64,000 nucleotides of DNA from an uncultured Actinomycetota bacterium (GTDB taxonomy: Bacteria > Actinomycetota > Actinomycetes > Mycobacteriales > SCTD01), in NCBI GenBank assembly GCA_963762795.1, contig CAVXMC010000008.1, forward strand, positions 138,072-202,071, written 5' to 3'. The notes below the pieces were generated by a model. That model made no database searches and was not told where the DNA came from. It saw only the letters and a list, made by a program, of their open reading frames with translations. Within the stretch, counting starts at the first letter, position 1; every line of letters starts with the position of its first letter. Shown here piece by piece: positions 52,789-63,425 of the stretch. The translations under genes were made by a program, and so were the position numbers.

Positions 52789-53647
52789 GTGATCTGGCGC
52801 GCCGCCCCCGCCGTCTTCGTCCTGCTGTGGAGCACCGGCTTCGTCGGGGCGAAGTACGGCCTGCCGTACGCCGAGCCGTTCACCTTCCTGTCGCTGCGCC
52901 TGGTGGCGGCCGCGGTCCTGCTGGGCCTGGCCGCCACCGCGACCGGCACCCGGCTGGACCGCGGGCAGGCCGGGCGGGCCGCGGTGTCCGGCCTGCTGCT
53001 GCACGCGACCTACCTCGGCGGCGTGTTCTGGGCGATCTCCCGCGGCACCCCGGCCGGCGTCAGCGCGGTCGTCGTCAGCCTGCAGCCGGTGCTGGTCGCG
53101 GCCCTGGCGAGCCGGCTGCTCGGTGAGCGCCTGGTCCGCCGGCAGTGGCTCGGGCTGGCCCTCGGCGTGGCCGGGGTGGTGCTCGTCCTGGCGCCCAGCC
53201 TGGCCGCGAGCGACAGCACGCTGACCGGGCCGGGCGTCGTCGGCCTGCCTGCTCGCCCTGGCCGGCGGCACCGCCGGGACGCTGTGGCAGAAGCGGCACG
53301 GCGACGGCATCCCGCTGCTGTGGGGCACCGCCGTGCAGTACGCCGTGTCCGCCGTCGTCGTCATCGTCCTGGCGCTGGCCACCGAGACCCGCCAGGTGGC
53401 GTGGACCGGGCGCTTCGTCGGCGCGCTGGCCTGGATGGTCCTCGTGCTGTCGATCGGCGCGGTGCTGCTCCTGCTCGCGCTGCTGCGCCGGGGCAGCGCC
53501 TCCGGGGTGTCCAGCCTGCTCTACCTGGTGCCGCCGGCGACCGCGCTCGAGGCGCTGCTGCTGTTCGACGAGCGGCTGGCGCTGCTGTCGGTCGTCGGCA
53601 TCGCCGTGACCGCGGTCGGCGTCGCGCTGGTGGTGCGCCGGGCCTAG
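52789..53647 (+). CDS. EamA/DMT-family transporter; frame broken near 53243
   Basis: The first EamA half lies in ORF 52789..54021 (VLLWSTGFVGAKYG). The second half lies in ORF 53333..53647 and upstream in the same frame. Confidence 0.8.
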
Positions 53648-54808
53648 TCGTGCGCCCGCACGACCGTCGCCCACGTCGGCGGCGGCGGCGCCCCGCGCTC
53701 CAGCAGCGCGACGACCACCCGGCTGCCGTCGGGGGCGCGGTCCGGCCAGGGCGTGTGCCCGTCGGTGAGCACGACGACCAGCTGCGGGCGGGGGCGCAGC
53801 GCCGCCGCCGCGGCGATGCCGACCCGCAGGTCGGTGCCGCCGCCGCCTTCGAGCCGCACCTGGGCGGCCGCCCGCACCCGCTGCGCGGCCCCGGTCTGCG
53901 TGTCGCAGGACAGCACCGTGACGCCGTTGCGCCGTACGCCGCCCGTCTGCAGCGCCCCGTCGACCTCGGCGAGGGCCTGGCCGAGCAGGGCGTCGTCCAC
54001 CGACGGCGGAGGTGTCGATGACGACGGCCACCGAGGGCACCGGCCGGCGCAGCGAGGGCAGCAGGACGCCGGGCACCGAGCCGGCCCGCCGCGACGGCCG
54101 GGAGCGGGTGTAGTCGACGTTGCCGGCGGCCCAGCCCAGGCCGCTGCGGACCGAGGCCCCGAGCACCTGCCGCCAGTCGACCTTGGGGCGCAGGACCCGG
54201 TCGGCCCAGCGCTGCCAGCCGCCCGGGACGGTGCCGATCCGGGCCGCGTCGTCGACCTCGCGGGCGGTCGCGGCCCGCACCAGGTCGGCCTGCACCGGCG
54301 TCAGGCCCGTCGAGGCGTCCGCACCCTCGTCCCAGCCGCGGGCGACGCCGTCGACGCCGGAGCCGCAGTCGACCAGGCGCGCGTCGCGCTCCGGCACCGC
54401 GGCGAGGTACTCCTCCGCCAGCAGCCCGTCCGGCTGGCGCAGCAGCGCCGGCGTGACCGGGCGCCCGGGCAGCGGCAGGCCCGCCTCGAGCAGGTCGTCG
54501 TTGATCTCCGCGTCGCAGGCGGTGTTCCAGGCGCGGGGCCGGTCGGCGACCCCGATCCGGACGGCCCGGGCGGCGTGGTCGCGCAGCAGGTGCCAGACCT
54601 CGTGCACCAGGACGGCGCCGATCTCCGGCACGGACCAGGTGTCGACGACGGCCGGGTCGACGTAGAGCCGCCAGGCCGGGTCGACGGCGAAGGTGCCGAG
54701 GCCCGGGACGGACCGGACCTGCAGGCTGTGCAGCGCGATCGCCAGGTAGGGCTGCTCGCGGGTCACCCGGACCCGGGCGGCCTGCAGCTTCTCCAGGTCG
54801 AGCGTCAC
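53644..54808 (-). CDS. HExxH metallopeptidase-like (DUF2201_N-type) plus VWA domain protein; frame broken near 54008
   Basis: GTG 54808 overlaps the AAA gene stop. The HExxH motif is in VLVHEVWHLLRDH. The VWA MIDAS start VAVVIDTS is followed by ...GGGTDL...VVVLTDG in ORF 53644..54000. Confidence 0.75.
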
Positions 54809-55942
54809 CCGGTCGCCAGGAGCCCCGCCCGCTTCAGGACGGGGACGAAGTCCTTGATCTCCTTGGGCAGCGGCACCAGCACGCCGGCCTGCTCCGGGCG
54901 GTGCGCCAGCAGCGTCTGCACCGCGACCGCGCCGACGTCGGCCTTGCCCTGCGCGGCGGCCTGGGCCACCGCCCGCACACCGGCCTGCCAGCGCTCGGGC
55001 GTCGGGTCCGAGAGCACCGCGGCGACGACCGCGGCCAGCGCGGCGTAGGCACGGTCGCCCCGCTCGGGCAGCAGGAAGCTGCCGGGTGCGCGCAGCACCT
55101 CCTCCGGGTCGGGCAGGTCGAGCTCCTCCAGGAAGGTGAGCAGCTGCAGCGCGGCGGCCTCGCCGACCACGCCGGCCACCACCCGGCGGCGGACCTCGGC
55201 GGGTGAGCCGGCGGCGTCGCAGACCGCGAGCAGCGTCGCGGCGTAGTCCCAGGTGCGCGGGGTCGGGAACGCCCGGCCGGCCTGCACCGGGTCGTCGGGC
55301 AGCACCGAGACGTCGCCCGGCCGCACCCGCAGGTAGGAGGACACCTGGGCCCGGGCCTGCAGGACGAAGGGCGTCAGGTCGGCCGGCAGCTCGGGCACCA
55401 CCGGCGCCGGCCAGCCCGCCGAGGAAGCCGGCGGAGACGACATCGGCGGGCAGCCGCCAGTCGAGGTGGCAGAAGCGGTTGGCCATCGGCGGCGCGAGGT
55501 CCCAGCCGTCGGCGGCGACGGACGGCGGGTTGGCCGCCGCCAGCACGACCGTGTCGGCCGGCAGGGCGAGGTCGCCGACGACCCGGTCGAAGCAGACCCG
55601 CAGCAGGGCGGCCTGCACCGCGGGCGGGGCGGTGTTGACCTCGTCGAAGAACACGGCCGGCCGCTGCCCGCGTGCGGCGGCCTCGACCAGGCGGCGGGCC
55701 CAGTCGGGCGGCGCGAGGGTCACCGACCCGCGGTCGACCACCGGCAGCCCGGCGAAGTCGGTGGGCTCGCGCACGCTGGCCAGCACGACCTCGAGGTGCA
55801 GGCCCAGCGCGGCCGCGGTCGCGGTGACGACGCTGGTCTTGCCCTCCCCCGGACCGCCCCACAGCACGGTCGGCACCCCCGCGGCCACGGCCACGCCCAG
55901 GGCGCCCAGCGTCACGTCGTACGGCGTCAGCAGGTCACTCAT
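54805..55942 (-). CDS. MoxR-like AAA+ ATPase (AAA_5 type); frame broken near 55413
   Basis: The gene starts at ATG 55942. It has Walker A LWGGPGEGKTS and Walker B VFFDEVN, plus ANPP...NRF. The C-terminal helical domain lies in ORF 54805..55443. Confidence 0.75.
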
Positions 55943-56016
55943 CACGGACGACAACAGACCAGGCACCGCCGACAGTCCCGGGAAGGCCGGGCGCCGCCGC
56001 GTACGTTGGACCGACC

Positions 56017-56925
56017 ATGAAGCGCCTGGATCCTGCCGACCTCTACGAGCTGACTCCCGACGTCCCGCCGCTCGACGGGCCGGTGCTCGTGCAGGCGATG
56101 GACGGGTTCGTCGACGCGGGAGCGGCGACCAGCCTGGCCCGCAAGCACCTGCTCGGCGCGCTGTCCTCGACCGTCGTCGCGACCTTCGACACCGACCAGC
56201 TCCACGACTACCGCGCCCGCCGCCCGGTGATGCTCTTCGTCGAGGACCACTGGGAGTCCTACGACGCGCCGCAGCTCGCCGTGCACCTGCTCCACGACGA
56301 GGCGGGCACGCCGTTCCTGCTGCTCGCCGGGCCGGAGCCCGACGTCCAGTGGGAGCGCTTCGTCGCCGCGGTGCAGCAGATCGTCGAGCACTTCGGCGTA
56401 CGCCTGACCGTCGGCCTGAACGCGATCCCGATGGCGCTGCCGCACACCCGGCCGGTCGGGGTCATCGCCCACGGCAGCGACCCCGAGCTGCTCACCGGCT
56501 ACGAGCCGTGGATCGGCACGGTGCAGGTGCCGGGCAGCGCCGGCCACCTGCTGGAGCACCGGCTGTCGCAGGCCGGCGTGCCGGCGATGGGCTTCGCCGC
56601 CCACGTGCCGCAGTACGTCTCCGGGTCGGAGTTCCCCGCCGCCGCGGTGGTCCTGCTGCGCGAGGTGGCCAAGGTCGGCGACCTGCAGCTGCCGCTCGCC
56701 GAGCTCGAGACCTCCGCGCTGCGCACCCGCGAGGCGATCGACGCCCAGGTGGCCGGCTCCCCCGAGGTCGCCTCGGTGGTGGAGGCGCTGGAGAAGCAGT
56801 ACGACGCCTTCGTGGCCGGCCGGGGCCGGTCCCTGCTCGGCGAGGAGGGCTCCCTGCCCAGCGCGGACGAGCTGGGCGCCGAGCTCGAGCGCTTCCTGGC
56901 CGACCGCACCGACGGACAGCAGTAG
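56017..56925 (+). CDS. PAC2 (proteasome-assembly-chaperone-2-like) family protein
   Basis: Intact 302-aa ORF. VLVQAMDGFVDAGAA...LLLAGPEPDVQWERF...GLNAIPMALPHTRP resembles actinobacterial PAC2-family proteins. Confidence 0.75.
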   Translation: MKRLDPADLYELTPDVPPLDGPVLVQAMDGFVDAGAATSLARKHLLGALSSTVVATFDTDQLHDYRARRPVMLFVEDHWESYDAPQLAVHLLHDEAGTPFLLLAGPEPDVQWERFVAAVQQIVEHFGVRLTVGLNAIPMALPHTRPVGVIAHGSDPELLTGYEPWIGTVQVPGSAGHLLEHRLSQAGVPAMGFAAHVPQYVSGSEFPAAAVVLLREVAKVGDLQLPLAELETSALRTREAIDAQVAGSPEVASVVEALEKQYDAFVAGRGRSLLGEEGSLPSADELGAELERFLADRTDGQQ

Positions 56926-56939
56926 CCCGGACAGCAGCA

Positions 56940-56970
56940 GGCGCCGGGACCCTCGCGGGGTCCCGGCGCC
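56940..56970. terminator. 13-bp GC hairpin between convergent PAC2 and NlpC/P60 genes (possible bidirectional terminator)
   Basis: The sequence ggcgccgggaccc-tcgcg-gggtcccggcgcc lies between the stops at 56925 and 56986. Confidence 0.55.
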
Positions 56971-56985
56971 CGGTTGGCGCGCGTC

Positions 56986-57953
56986 CTAGAGGACGCGGCC
57001 GACGATGTAGTCGCTGCTGTAGATGCGGCGCAGCGTGACCGACTTGCCGGCCCGCGGGGCGTCCCACATCTTGCCGCCGCCGGCGTAGATGCCGACGTGG
57101 CCGATGCGGCCGCCGCCGAGGAACACCAGGTCGCCCGGCTGCGCCTGCGACTTGGGGATGCGCTTGGTCATGCGGGCCTGCGCGCCGCTGTTGTGCGGCA
57201 GGCTCTTGCCGAGCCTGGAGTAGACGTAGCGGGTGAAGCCGGAGCAGTCGAAGGCGCTCGGGCCGGTGGCGCCGAAGACGTAGGGCCGGCCGGCGTACTG
57301 GGCGGCGATCTCGACGGCCCGTGCGTTGGCGCCGCTGGTGACCGTCACGGTCTCGGCCGGCGTGGCGTCCGGGGTGCGGTTGGACGTGCCCGGGTAGACG
57401 GCGCGCAGGCGGGTCGACTTGGCGATGCGCAGGGTGCCCTTGCCGACGCCGTACTGGTTGGTCAGCAGGCGGCCGGCGTAGGTCCAGCCGGAGGCGGTGG
57501 ACTTCTCCAGGCGGACGGCGCCGTTGCGCACGCCGCGCGCGTCGGCCCGCAGGCGGACGCTCACCGGCACCCGGCCGGCCTTGGCCTTGGCCGGCGCGCG
57601 TCAGCTGCAGCTGGGTGAGGGCCTTGACCCGCTTGGGCGTGGCGGGCGCCGAGAAGGTGGCGCTCGGGGCGGGCGCGTGCTGGGTCTCCGCGCTCGGGCT
57701 GGTGCGTGGCCGTCGGCGTGTCGCTGGCCGTCGGCGTGTCGCTGGTCGTCGCCGTCTCGCTGGTCGTGGCGGCGGGAGCACCGCCGTCCGCCGGGGCCGG
57801 GTCGTCGGCCAGCGCCGGGAGGGCGCCGAGCGGCAGCAGCGCCACGGTGAGGCCGGCGGCGGCGGCGGTCTTGCCGGCGCTGCCGAGGTCACGCGGGGCG
57901 GCGTGGCGGGGGACGTAGCGGGACGAGCCCGAGGAGGGCAGGGTTGAGCGCAT
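56986..57953 (-). CDS. secreted NlpC/P60 (C40) peptidoglycan endopeptidase; frame broken near 57700 and 57596
   Basis: ATG 57953 is followed by a signal peptide and a Thr/Pro-rich linker in the frame of ORF 57561..58382. The middle lies in the frame of ORF 56492..57976. The catalytic domain (FDCSGFTRYVY, GHVGIYAG) lies in ORF 56986..57570. Confidence 0.8.
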
Positions 57954-57967
57954 GCTGGGGTGGTGAC

Positions 57968-58112
57968 CTCTCGCACGCCTGCGGAGTGAGCTGTCGGGCT
58001 CGGGCGGAGGGGTCTGCCCGGCGCAAGGGTCTGCGCTTCGCCCCGAGGGCCGCATCGCTGCGGCCCGAGGAACCTGGGTCCCCCGCTCCCGCCCGGAAGC
58101 TCGTACGGACAC
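57968..58112 (-). promoter_or_regulatory. ydaO/yuaA-type cyclic-di-AMP riboswitch in the 5' leader of the NlpC/P60 gene
   Basis: The minus strand reads ...GUACGAGCUUCCGGGCGGGAGCGGGGGACCCAGG...CUCGGGGCGAAGC...CCGAGCCCGACAGCUCACUCCGCAGGCGUGC. This matches the conserved ydaO blocks GAGCnGGGGACCCA, GGGGUGAAnC and CCGAAnCCGnCAGCUAACCUCGUAAGCG, and the ends can pair as P1 (GUACG/CGUGC). It ends about 15 nt before ATG 57953. Confidence 0.8.
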
Positions 58113-58298
58113 CCTGTGCTGACCGGGGGCGGGACTCGGCGTTCCGGTCGGGTGCGTGTGGAGAGCAGTGTGCAGCACGGGCGGCCCGCGTGTCCCCCGG
58201 ATCGCCGTTACCGAAGCGTGACCGTCCTCACATGCGGCAATTGTCGCGTGAGAGACCTCACTCGCCGAGGTGCGGACAGGCCACGCAGGACGGGGCAG

Positions 58299-58320
58299 GG
58301 TGGCTGACATGTCAGCCACC
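58299..58320. promoter_or_regulatory. perfect 22-bp palindrome GGTGGCTGACATGTCAGCCACC (operator-like), centred on the ATG of a small ORF
   Basis: The sequence is self-complementary over all 22 positions. It lies in the divergent spacer between the riboswitch-NlpC/P60 unit and ORF 58309..58488. Its function is inferred only. Confidence 0.5.
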
Positions 58321-58488
58321 ACGCGCCTTGCCAACCCGCGCCGCACGACCCTCGCCCTGCTGACCCGGGGCGACGGCCCCACCGCCTGCGAGGGCTACGA
58401 GGGCTCCACCTGCCACAACCTGGCGACCCGCGTCGTCGAGACCGCCGAGGGCTCGCGCCGGCAGTGCCGCTCCTGCTCCGACCGCTAG
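58309..58488 (+). CDS. 59-aa Cys4 protein (CX7C...CX2C), hypothetical
   Basis: ATG 58309 lies within ORF 58270..58488 and gives MSATTRLANPRRTTLALLTRGDGPTACEGYEGSTCHNLATRVVETAEGSRRQCRSCSDR. I recognise no family. Confidence 0.35.
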   Translation: MSATTRLANPRRTTLALLTRGDGPTACEGYEGSTCHNLATRVVETAEGSRRQCRSCSDR

Positions 58489-60115
<1,627 letters not shown>

Positions 60116-60253
60116 GGGGGCCTCCTGGACGCGGCCGCCCCGGCGGGCGGCACCTGCGAGCATGATGCGCGTCACACCCGCCGGTCGCCACCAGCACGGT
60201 GAGATGTCGCAAGTGCCTGCCGTGCGCCGTTCCCGTCCGTACGTTGGCTCGCC

Positions 60254-62326
60254 GTGCACCTGACCCACCGACCGCTCCTCGTCCTGCTCACCGTCCTCGG
60301 GCTCCTCGCGGCGCCGGCCGCCCTGGCCGCGACCGGGCCGGACGTGTCCCGCTACCAGCACCCGGACGGGCAGCCGATCGACTGGCAGCGGGTGGAGGCC
60401 AGCGGGCCGTCCTTCACGTGGATCAAGGCGACCGAGGGCACCGCGGTGCGCAACGCGTGGTTCGAGCGGGACCGGTCCGCGGCCGCCGCGGCCGGGCTCT
60501 ACCAGGGCGCCTACCACTACGCCCGGCCGTCGACCTCCGCCGGCTCGGCCGCCGCGCAGGCCCGCTTCTTCGCCTCGGTGATCGGTGACCAGCAGCGGCG
60601 GGGCACGCTGCCGCCGGCGCTGGACCTCGAGAGCAGCGGCGGCCTGTCCCGGGCCGCGCTGGTCGCGTGGACCCAGACGTTCCTGACCACGCTCGAGGGC
60701 CTCACCGGCCGCACGCCCGTGCTCTACACCGGCCCCTCGTTCTGGGAGACGAGCACGGGGTCGAGCACCGCCTTCACGCGCTACCCGCTGTGGATCGCGC
60801 ACTACACGAGCGCCGCGCAGCCGCGGGTGCCCGCCTGGCCGGCCTGGACCTTCTGGCAGTACACCGACTCCGGCCGGGTCCCGGGCATCGCGGGCGGCGT
60901 CGACATGAACCGGTTCTCCGGCAGCGCCGCGGACCTGGCCCGGCTGGCCCTGGACGGTCCCCCGCCGCCGGTCGAAGCCTCCCAGGACGCTCCGCTCGGG
61001 GTCACGCCGGACGCGTTCCCGGCCCCCGCCGACACGGCGCCCTCGCGCTACACCGCCCTGACGCCGACGCGCGTGGCCGACACCCGTACGGGCACCGGCG
61101 TGCCGGCCGGCCGCGTCCTCGGCGGGCTGACCGTCACGCTGCCTGACTCCGTGCCGGCCGACGCCGCGGGCGTGGTCCTCAACGTCTCCGCGGTCGACGC
61201 GGCCGGCACGGGGTACCTGCGCACGGCCCCGGCCGGCCAGACCCCGCTCACGACGGCGCTGAGCTACGGCAGGGGGGCCGCCTCGACCGGCCTGGTCGTG
61301 GCCCGCACGGACGCCTCGCGCCGGGCCGTGCTGACGACGTACGCCGCGGCTGCCCACGTCGTCGTCGACCTGCTCGGCTACTACGACGTCCGACCGGGGA
61401 CGGGCGGCCACTGGGTGCCGGTGGCCCCGACCCGCTTCGTCGACAGCCGTACGGGGATCGGCACGGCCCGCGGCGCGAAGGCCGGCGAGGTCACGGTGCG
61501 GCTCCCCGACGCCGTCCCGGCCGACGCCCGCGGGGCGGTCCTCAACGTCTCGCTGGTCGACGCGGTGCACGACACCTTCGTGCGGGTCGCGCCCCGCGGC
61601 ACGGCCGCGCAGACGACCGCCCTGAACGTCGCCGGCCACACCAGCCGCACCGGCCTGGTGATGACGTCGGCCGCCGACCGCGAGGTCACGCTGACCGTCT
61701 TCGGCGGGCCGGCGCAGGTCGTCGTCGACCTGGTCGGCTACTACGACGAGGGCAGCGAGACGGGCAGCGCGTTCGTCGGCACGGCGCCGCAGCGCTTCCT
61801 GGACACCCGCAACGGCGTCGGCGCGCTGCCCGGCAGCCGCGACATCACGCTGGCCGTGCCCGTCCCCGCGACGGCCACTGCCGCCACCCTGGCGCTCAGC
61901 GTGGTCGACCCGATCGGGACTGGCTACGTCCGGATCGCCCCGGCGGGGACCGACCCCGTGACGACGGCCGTGAGCTACAGCAAGGGGCGCTCGCAGACGG
62001 CGCTCGCGATGACCGGGCTCGGTCCCGACCGGCTCGTGACCGTGCGGCTGTACGGCGGCGCGACCGCGGTGGTCGCCGACCTGGTCGGCTACGCCGGCCG
62101 CGGGCTGACCCCGGCGCTCGGCCCGCTCGCGACGGACCAGCGCGGCGACGCCGGCGAGCGGCAGCACCGCCAGCAGCACCAGGCTCCACGCGATGCCGGT
62201 GAGCTCGCCGAGCCCGCCGACCACGGCGGAGCCGACGCCGCCGCCGACGAGGAAGACCAGCGTGGCGATGCCGACGCGCGACGCCGCGGACCTCGGCGGA
62301 GACGGCGCCGCCCACCGCGTCCATGA
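60254..62326 (+). CDS. secreted GH25 muramidase with three ~115-aa C-terminal repeats; the last ~220 nt of the ORF are probably spurious read-through
   Basis: A signal peptide is followed by GH25 motifs GPDVSRYQ, WIKATEG, YHYARP, LDLES and WQYTDSGRVPGIAGGVDMNRF. Three repeats follow, each with P.R..DTR...LP..VPA.A...L.VS.V......Y.R.AP...VVVDL.GYY. Beyond ~62100 the ORF runs antisense through the MFS gene. Confidence 0.8.
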   Translation: MHLTHRPLLVLLTVLGLLAAPAALAATGPDVSRYQHPDGQPIDWQRVEASGPSFTWIKATEGTAVRNAWFERDRSAAAAAGLYQGAYHYARPSTSAGSAAAQARFFASVIGDQQRRGTLPPALDLESSGGLSRAALVAWTQTFLTTLEGLTGRTPVLYTGPSFWETSTGSSTAFTRYPLWIAHYTSAAQPRVPAWPAWTFWQYTDSGRVPGIAGGVDMNRFSGSAADLARLALDGPPPPVEASQDAPLGVTPDAFPAPADTAPSRYTALTPTRVADTRTGTGVPAGRVLGGLTVTLPDSVPADAAGVVLNVSAVDAAGTGYLRTAPAGQTPLTTALSYGRGAASTGLVVARTDASRRAVLTTYAAAAHVVVDLLGYYDVRPGTGGHWVPVAPTRFVDSRTGIGTARGAKAGEVTVRLPDAVPADARGAVLNVSLVDAVHDTFVRVAPRGTAAQTTALNVAGHTSRTGLVMTSAADREVTLTVFGGPAQVVVDLVGYYDEGSETGSAFVGTAPQRFLDTRNGVGALPGSRDITLAVPVPATATAATLALSVVDPIGTGYVRIAPAGTDPVTTAVSYSKGRSQTALAMTGLGPDRLVTVRLYGGATAVVADLVGYAGRGLTPALGPLATDQRGDAGERQHRQQHQAPRDAGELAEPADHGGADAAADEEDQRGDADARRRGPRRRRRRPPRP

Positions 62327-63425
62327 GGGCCGGCTGGCCCAGGCCGAAGGCGAAGGTCACCACGACGACGGCGGCCACCAGCAGCGGCGGCACGCCGACG
62401 GAGGCGCCGACCGCGGCCATGGCGAGCGCGAAGGTCGCCAGCAGCCCCGAGGCGGCGAGCGCCCGGGCCGGCCCGAGCCGGGTGAGCATCGGCCCGGCCA
62501 CGCGCGGCCCGAAGAAGCCGGTGAACGCCGCCGGCACCAGTGCGATGCCGATCTGCAGCGGCTCCCAGCCGCGGGCGGCCAGGACCGCGGGCACGGCGAT
62601 GAGCAGCGCGAACCACGCGGCCGGCACGGAGGAGGCGGTGAGCGCGCTGCGCACCACCGTCGGGTTGGTCGCGACCTCCTTCGGCAGGAAGCCCTGCGGC
62701 CGGCGCCGGACGCGCGACGTGACGGCCGGGATCCCGAGCGCCAGCAGGACGACGCCGACGGCCGCGACGACCGGCCCGCCGGCGGGCGACTGCACGAGCA
62801 GGACCAGACCGCTGGCGGTGGCCGCGACCAGCACCGCGCCGAGCACGTCGAAGCGCGCGCCGCTGCCCGTGCTGGGCACCGCCCGCCAGAGCACCGGGAC
62901 GACCAGCAGCCCGAGCGCCGGCAGCGCGACGACCGCCCGCCAGCTCAGCCGGTCCTCGACGAGCCCGCCGGCCAGCGGGCCGAGGGCGCTGACCGCCGAC
63001 GCCATGCCGGCGACCTTGCCGAGGGCCACGGCGCGGACCGCGCCGACGTAGCGGGCGCTGATCAGCGCCACCCCGAGCACGGGCACCGAGGCGGCGCCCG
63101 CGCCCTGCAGGATCCGGGCGGCCAGCAGCACGTGGTAGCTCGGCGCGAACGCGCCGAGCAGCGCCCCGCTGGTCATCAGCCCGACGCCGAACAGCAGGGG
63201 CAGCCGGATGCCGGCGAGGTCGGCCACCCGCCCGTACACCGCGGTGGTCACGGCGAGCATCAGCGCGTAGACGCTGATGATCCAGGACGCGCCGCCGGTG
63301 CTGAGCCCGAGGTCCTCGGCCAGCGCCGGCAGCGTCACGGCCACCGCCGCGCTGCCCATGCCGGCCAGGCCGAACAGCAGGCCGACCAGCCCGGCGACGC
63401 GGCCGGCGTCGGTCTGCTCGGTCAT
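62089..63425 (-). CDS. MFS transporter; frame broken near 62285; 3' end uncertain
   Basis: ATG 63425 (MTEQTDAGRVAGL...) lies in ORF 61896..63479, which contains about 12 TM segments. The last helices (VGIATLVFLVGGGVGSAVVGGLGELTGIAWSLVLLAVLPLAGVAALV) lie in the frame of ORF 58208..62224. The candidate stop at TAG 62089 lies in the third frame. Confidence 0.75.

Noticed and set aside
60116-60253. A second c-di-AMP or other riboswitch upstream of the GH25 muramidase gene.
   Set aside because: I looked for the ydaO core blocks (GGGGACCCA, CAGCUnAC...GCG) and found none. The spacer is only 138 nt and has no obvious conserved structure.
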